Shown in pieces: positions 58,001 through 64,000 of a DNA stretch of 64,000 bases; the first letter of the stretch is position 1; each line of letters starts with the position of its first letter. Below the pieces are notes generated by a model that was not told the DNA's origin, did not search any database, and saw only the letters and a program-made list of their open reading frames with translations. The position numbers and the translations under genes were made by a program. The DNA lies in contig CM022670.1 in NCBI GenBank assembly GCA_012295275.1, positions 22,754,001 through 22,818,000 of the forward strand. Direction: 5' to 3'. The DNA is from Chrysomallon squamiferum (taxonomy: Eukaryota; Animalia; Mollusca).

Positions 58001-61000
58001 CTATTACCTGAGACAAGTCAATTGGAAATCCACTTTCACAAGCTTGTATCATTGGCTCCAAACCCTTGGAAAAAGAAAAGAAAAATTCAGTAATAATAAT
58101 AATAATAATAATAAAATTTAAATTATCTTTCATTAAATATAAAGCCATTTAAAATTTCCATTATTACATAATGTATAATGGAAAAGCAAATACAACAAAA
58201 AACAACAACAGTGCAAATATCTGTAAACAATTGTTAGAAAATATAAAATTTTAAGTTTAAACATTACAGATTAAAGACAATGATGTATATCAAAAATGCA
58301 GTATCCTGTCATTATTAATGCTTAATTCATTAAACCAATAGAATCTACCAAAATTAGTATTTTTCTCTTTGCTAATTTGAATAACAATTTTGAAAAGAAT
58401 GACTCTTTAAATATATCAGACCTAAAAGAGATGTTTCAAAATTATAAACCCTTATCTAACAAGACTTTTATGAAATTTACAAAGACTGAAGAAAATTCCA
58501 GTCTTTCTACAGACCTTCATGAACCGGAGATATTTCTTTGCTAACTCAATGTCAGCATTTTTCTTGGCTGTTAAAGCCGCTTCTTTGAATTCTGCGTAAC
58601 GCTCTTTGAGAAATGTTTCCTGCTGTTGAGACCGTGTAGAGTAATTCTTTCTTTGTGCTGAAAATATGCATTTTCAACTGTATCTCATTTACATTATTTA
58701 CAAAGTTTTGTTTTTTAAATTTCAAGCTGTCAGGTAATCTTGTTTCTGTATAAGATGAGGAAAACACAACATGTAACTGATATTTGAGTTGGTAGTAGGT
58801 TATCAAAATATTATTTATAGATCTGTTGATAAAAAGTTTGTACAATATTAGCTGTCACCAGTTTCACTGATAAGTAAAAAAAAAATAACAGATTTCCACA
58901 ACAGAAGAAAATAATCCCACAATTAATTAAGACATTTAGATTCTGTTCTTGTATCTACGTTACTATTAAGAAAATTGTTTAAATATTAAATGTGGCCCAT
59001 TATTTTCTAGATATTCACATATAAATGTAAATATTAACACATATTAATGTAAACTTTAATCAATGATGACATACAAGCCAGCCTGTTAATCTGTTGTTCA
59101 CTGTACTCTTTTGGTCTGGCAGCCTGTCTGGGTGCAGGTGCTGGTACTGATGCTGTTGACCTAGGTGATGCAGCAGTTTGCTGTGGAGGTTGTGGAGCTT
59201 GTTGCCGTGGTGATGGAGCACCAGTGGGTGCTGGGTTGTGATTTCTGACTTTCAGGGACTGAGGCAGACACTTGAGGTCTGGCACTTGTTGAAAATGGTA
59301 TTGCTGCATAACCTGCAATTAGAAACAATCATGTTATAATTAGAAACAAAAAAACAACAAAAAAAAACAAAAAAAAAGATTCAGCAAAAAATTAATCATT
59401 TAAATATATTTTGAATAAATAATTTCTTCTGCAGCTTTTATGTGTTTGTTCAAAAATCTATTTGCTCTTTTGATATAACTTTAACAAAATTTATTTGCTT
59501 TACCTACATCATTAAACATCTATAATATTTAATTTATTTACAACCACATGCAAAAAATAAACATGTATTGTCATTACAATAATTTTTATTAATGATATAT
59601 ATTTTCACAAAATCATAATTTTAAACGAAGCTGAACAAACCTGGTGGTGTTGGTAGTTCATCAAAGTCAACATGCTTCCCAGCTTTGTAAGCTTTCATGG
59701 CATCTTGGTATTGCTAAAAACAGAACAACAAATAAAAACATAAATCTCACTTGTGTATTACCAATATGACAAATAAAGTCATATCAAAAATAATAATTAT
59801 TTGTATTCTTCAGAACACATCTATTTGCAAATTGTATATTCAGGTGATGCTTGCCTAAAAACATAAATTACTAACTGCATACTATCCATCTATTTGTAAT
59901 TTTAGATAAAAAATAATGTTATGATAAAAAAACAAAAAAAAAACATTCAGCCCCTATAAATCCTCTCCAGCATTTTAGTTTAGCGTTATAATTATTATCA
60001 AAAATTGGTCAATAACAGTAAATAAAATAGTAAAAGTATACAACAAAAATGGTCAAGTAATGGACCTCCATTTTACTTTACCTTGACAATTCTGCCCATT
60101 CTTCGAGCCTTGCCCGATTCTCCAGCATTCTTGGCGTCTGTCTCTGCAGACTTGTACTTCTCCAGACGCTGCTGTAATGCTTCTTCCACAGACTTTGGTG
60201 CATCAGGGGCATTAAACATTTTTTTCTCTTCTGTGAAATTATCACACAAACCAATTACCATTTTAAAATTTAGTGATTAATAATAAGAGTAATATTTTTA
60301 TAGTTCAGCTGAAATCTTTTCCTAACTAAAATTAATTTAACAGGAAAACATTAAGAAAAAAGAAGAAGAAAAACAACAACAACAAAAAAATAAAAATAAA
60401 TTAATAAAAAATAAAAAACATTAATAAAATGAAAATCAGAATTTAACCCGGTAACTATCTTATGTTGTGATAAACGTTTTTACTTATACCCAAATATTAC
60501 TAATCAGATATAGTATTAACAGATAACAATTTCTAACTATTTCTATTTGCTATTTACAACAAAATCAGAAACAATAAAAAAAAAAAATTTAATCCTTAAT
60601 TCCCAAATCCAGCATCAGATTAATCACTGTTCTGAGATGAATCGTAAATATTAATCTTTTGTTTCTGGCTAAAAGACTTCCTGACAGCTAGAATATGTTT
60701 ACAATATTTAATAAGACTATGAAAAATAGTACTGAACCTTCTGCTGAGAGAGCTGGAGGCATGTCGTCTGCTTCTGGTTCAGTTAATGGGGATCCCTGCT
60801 GACTGGACATTTCAAATCTTGTTTGGGAAGGAGAAGCAATTTCCTTTGCCTGATTTCTCTGTGGTGCAGAACCTGTTTAAAAAAAGAAAAGAAAACAGAA
60901 CAATTATAAATTGTTTAAATAATCTAGAATTTTTTTTTACCTTCTATAAAGCATCAAAATATGTGTAAATGTTGATTAACAAATGCTTTCTTTTACTGTA

Positions 61001-64000
61001 CTGATTAATACAAATTTAGTCTGAGTGAAACTATGGATCAAACTGTAAATATTTGATTTGTATTATATTTTACACAGATGACATTGTTTTAAATGTTATT
61101 CTACCACTGGAAATATCACATGAATGTCGTTCAAACATTGTACTCTTACTGACTTTTGTAATAAAACTTTTAAATAACGTTCAGCAATTTCATTAAATAA
61201 ATAAATTCTGGTTAGAATCCATTAGGTAAATAAACATTTATATCTTAGAGTTTACCAGTGAATGCCAAAATATTCATATAAAAATAAACATTAAATAGTG
61301 AATTCCTCACTCTCAAGTTCTGGAGGTGGAGGAGGCATCTGAGATAAATCAATGGGTTTCCCTTCTTCAGCTGCAAGTATCACACTATCAAATTGCTGCA
61401 ATGAAAAAGTTCTATTTAATACCATTATTAAAATGCTATGTATTAAATGAGCATAAATTAGGTCTTTTAAATCCACAACATAAATAAAATCCAGAACAGT
61501 GGGTTTTATTAACATACAGAAACTAAAAAGTCTTAATTTTTTCATTTTATAATACTTGTATGAATTTAAATTTCTTTCGAGGACAGAATATTAAATATTA
61601 AACAATTCATTTCTAAAATATTTCTAATCCATTTTTAATTATTGTTAAACTTTCAGATGCCTATAACCTGCTCATTTAATGTCCTGGTATCAGATTGTGG
61701 TAGTAATATTCTCATTATCTTACCTTTAATATTTTGACATATTTTGAGGCAGTTTTCATGTCATTGTTTTTCTTTGCTTCAAGGGCAGCATGTTTGTACT
61801 GGTCACGACGTGATGATAACATCTTGTGTATTTCATAATCTAATAAAACATCATTTAAACCTTTAGTGAAAAGAAGCATACAGAAATAAAGAATTTAATG
61901 CAGAACAATTTTGCCTAAGATTACAACCTTTTGACAGTTACTAAATACAGTTGCAGAAAAAACGTTAGTTTAATATTTTGGGCTTCCTTATAAGGTGAAT
62001 GAATTAAAAGATTTCATTTTATTTAAAATAAGTGAAGTGAAAAGAAAAATATATTATTAACAAATATTGCTTAATTAATAAAAATATGTTTCTTTGTTTT
62101 TGGATGTCCTTCTGAATTATTATTAAGATATTTTAAATTTTTTTTAAAAAGAATAATAATTTTCACAGAATAAATCCTAAATTTTATTTTTAATAAAACA
62201 ACTCTTATAAAATTTCTCCATCAAGTATTTACAAGGTAAACAATTAATAAATGACCACTGATGATTAATTTAATATAAAAACTGTATCATTTTTATTAAT
62301 GCTTTTATACTTGATGTTGCAGTAGATGTTGAGTCAGTCTGTAAATGACCTTTTGCAGGGACTGGAGCTGGAGGTGATACAGGGACTGACGTTGTAGTGG
62401 GAGTAGTGGTAGCTGAAGGATGTGATCCTGACGTTGCCAGATTTTTAGGTGCAGATACATTCACAGCTGTGTGGTTAACAGCTGGCTGTGTTACAGGTGA
62501 TGGTAATTTTGCTGATGGTGGTGGTACTAAAAAATATGTACGATTCAAAATTTGATTTTAACAAGAGAATAAAAATGTTGAGGATGAAAACACAATTAAA
62601 AGTATGTATTTACAGTTTAAATCCTTTTCTTAATTTATCCTATCAACATATCTCCACTCAATGAATATTTGATGTTTAACACATTTAATACAAAAATAAA
62701 CATTTATATTATGAAAAATTAAAACCTTAATTATATTTTATGTTTAACAGAAAAACAAAAAATATAATTAAAAAAACAATTTAGGAACTAAATAAAAATG
62801 TTTTTTTTATTTGGTCAGTGAATTTCTTTTTATTTTCAGATACTGTAATGCTATGTTACCAGGAGCAGGTTTTTTTGCTGGTGAAGCCTGTGTCTCTGGC
62901 TGCTGTTCCACCTGCTTGTGTGCTGGAGACAGAGATGGAGAGGGTGTGGATGAACCCACAGCTACAGTAGGTGGAATTTCACTCTCGTCAACTGCCTTTC
63001 CACTCTTAGCTCTTCTTAACAAATCATTCAGTGTCTGAAATTCAAAAATAAACATTAAATAGCAAATGCCTCACTCTCAAGTTCTGGAGGTGGAGGAGGC
63101 ATCTGAGATAAGTCAATGGGTTTCCCTTCTTCAGCTGCAAGTATCACACTATCAAATTGCTGCAATTCAAAAACTGTTTAAAAATTGCAAACCTCAAAAC
63201 AATCAAAATATTAAAATCTAAATTCAAGACAAATTGTTATAAATTTAACTTTCAACATAAAAATAAAAATACTGCAAAATATTGATCAAAAATAAAATTG
63301 GAATATTCGACATAATGCCTCCAAAATTTACATAAAATAAAGAGTACTTGAAATATTTAACAAAAGGTTTCACAGAATTATAATTCTATTATGAAATTAC
63401 TCTGATATTCTAACCTTTAAACCTCTGTCAAGTCGTCTCTGTTTTGAGCTGTCTCCTGCAGCTTTTGCATTAGCAAATGCTTGAGAATATAAGGACATCC
63501 TTTCCTCTATTACAGATAAACAGTTTTCACTGGTTGACTTCTGTAAAGTGTTGTCAGCAGAACTTGGAGATAACTTGGACACATCTTCTTCTTCTGTTGT
63601 TAGTTCATTTAGTTCAGCCTGGAATTTTAAAAAATCACTGAAAATCAAAACTGCTTTTATTGCCATTAATTCTGTTATGCAAATTTAAAAAATATATTTG
63701 TCTCAGGACTGGCTTTTTCCTAAAGACAAATTTGAGAAATTTTGTTCCTTTAATAGATGACAAGATGTAAGTAGATAAAGAATGTAAATAAAAATATTCT
63801 AGATAAATAGACTCATGATCTATCACTAGACAAGACTACAATGATGAAAGCTAAATAAAATATTTTTATTTTTAACCTTCAAACTTTTCCTAAATATTTT
63901 TAAATATTTCCATGAAAAAAGAGGCAGAGAGAGATATAAATAAATAAAGGTAAATACCAATAGATCAGGATCTTCAGTATCTGAAAGTTCTTCATCACTC
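48071..64000 (-). CDS. CC2D1: Coiled-coil and C2 domain-containing protein 1 (CC2D1A/B, lethal giant discs ortholog); 5' end beyond the window; two apparent 1-nt indels
   Basis: Exons in transcript order: 63958-64000 (partial), 63415-63618, 62860-63034, 62311-62526, 61724-61839, 61311-61395, 60738-60872, 60082-60230, 59641-59713, 59075-59312 (one nt too long), 58515-58657, 58008-58064, 57498-57629, 57098-57156, 56461-56577, 56096-56169, 55766-55821, 55309-55360, 54812-54910 (one nt too short), 54510-54600, 53968-54108, 53584-53607, 53218-53237, 50814-50871, 49007-49136, 48453-48577, 48071-48109. Four DM14 repeats (e.g. EALQQRLEKY...GKARRMGRIVKQYQDAMKAYKAGKHVDFDELPTPPG) and a C2 domain ending DGRKSVGGKLEIKVRVRDP...EKWLVID. 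Confidence 0.93.
49140..50790. repeat. A-rich low-complexity intron of CC2D1
   Basis: ~1.65 kb composed almost entirely of AAAT/AAAAT/AAT-type degenerate repeats. Confidence 0.85.
52675..52705 (-). other. Candidate alternative terminal exon of CC2D1 encoding a CaaX box (S-VKSSICILT*)
   Basis: Very strong acceptor (T-run, CT repeat, TTTGCCAG) at 52706-52731. Its phase-2 entry matches the 20-nt exon 53218-53237. It reads t GTA AAA TCA AGC ATC TGC ATT CTG ACA TAA. Confidence 0.55.
55025..55062. repeat. (CA)n microsatellite
   Basis: Perfect CA run. Confidence 0.95.
63075..63159 (-). other. Duplicated copy of CC2D1 exon 61311-61395 (second half of DM14 repeat 2) with intact splice sites
   Basis: 84/85 nt identical to 61311-61395; the only change is a synonymous GAT/GAC. 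Same ATTGCAG acceptor and GTGAGG donor, and ~31 nt of downstream intron are also shared. Confidence 0.9.

Noticed and set aside
48071-64000. CC2D1 as a pseudogene
   Set aside because: Only two 1-nt indels, both in or near short homopolymers. All splice sites and other exons are intact, so consensus error is more likely.

Overview
AT-rich, intron-rich animal genomic DNA. The gene set and repeats suggest an invertebrate, possibly a mollusc; this is inference only. Seven protein-coding loci were reconstructed by hand from GT-AG junctions with exon phases checked: an intronless profilin-like gene (-), a 14-exon class II xylose isomerase (+), UCKL1 (-), squalene epoxidase SQLE (+), a reeler-domain protein (+), an ANKRD66-like ankyrin protein (-) and the 3' part of CC2D1/Lgd (-). 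There is also a Merlin-type DNA transposon with TIRs and an 8-bp TSD, a decayed Tigger/pogo element, and mini- and microsatellites. The most notable observations: (1) CC2D1/Lgd carries a near-identical, phase-compatible copy of a DM14 half-exon 40 nt from the native exon, a candidate mutually exclusive pair; (2) a candidate alternative last exon of CC2D1 would end the protein in a CaaX box (CILT*); (3) a perfect 15-bp estrogen response element lies just upstream of the xylose isomerase ATG; (4) SRE-like and CCAAT motifs plus a uORF lie at the SQLE 5' end; (5) three single-base frame breaks occur (two in CC2D1, one in the ankyrin gene), most likely assembly errors.
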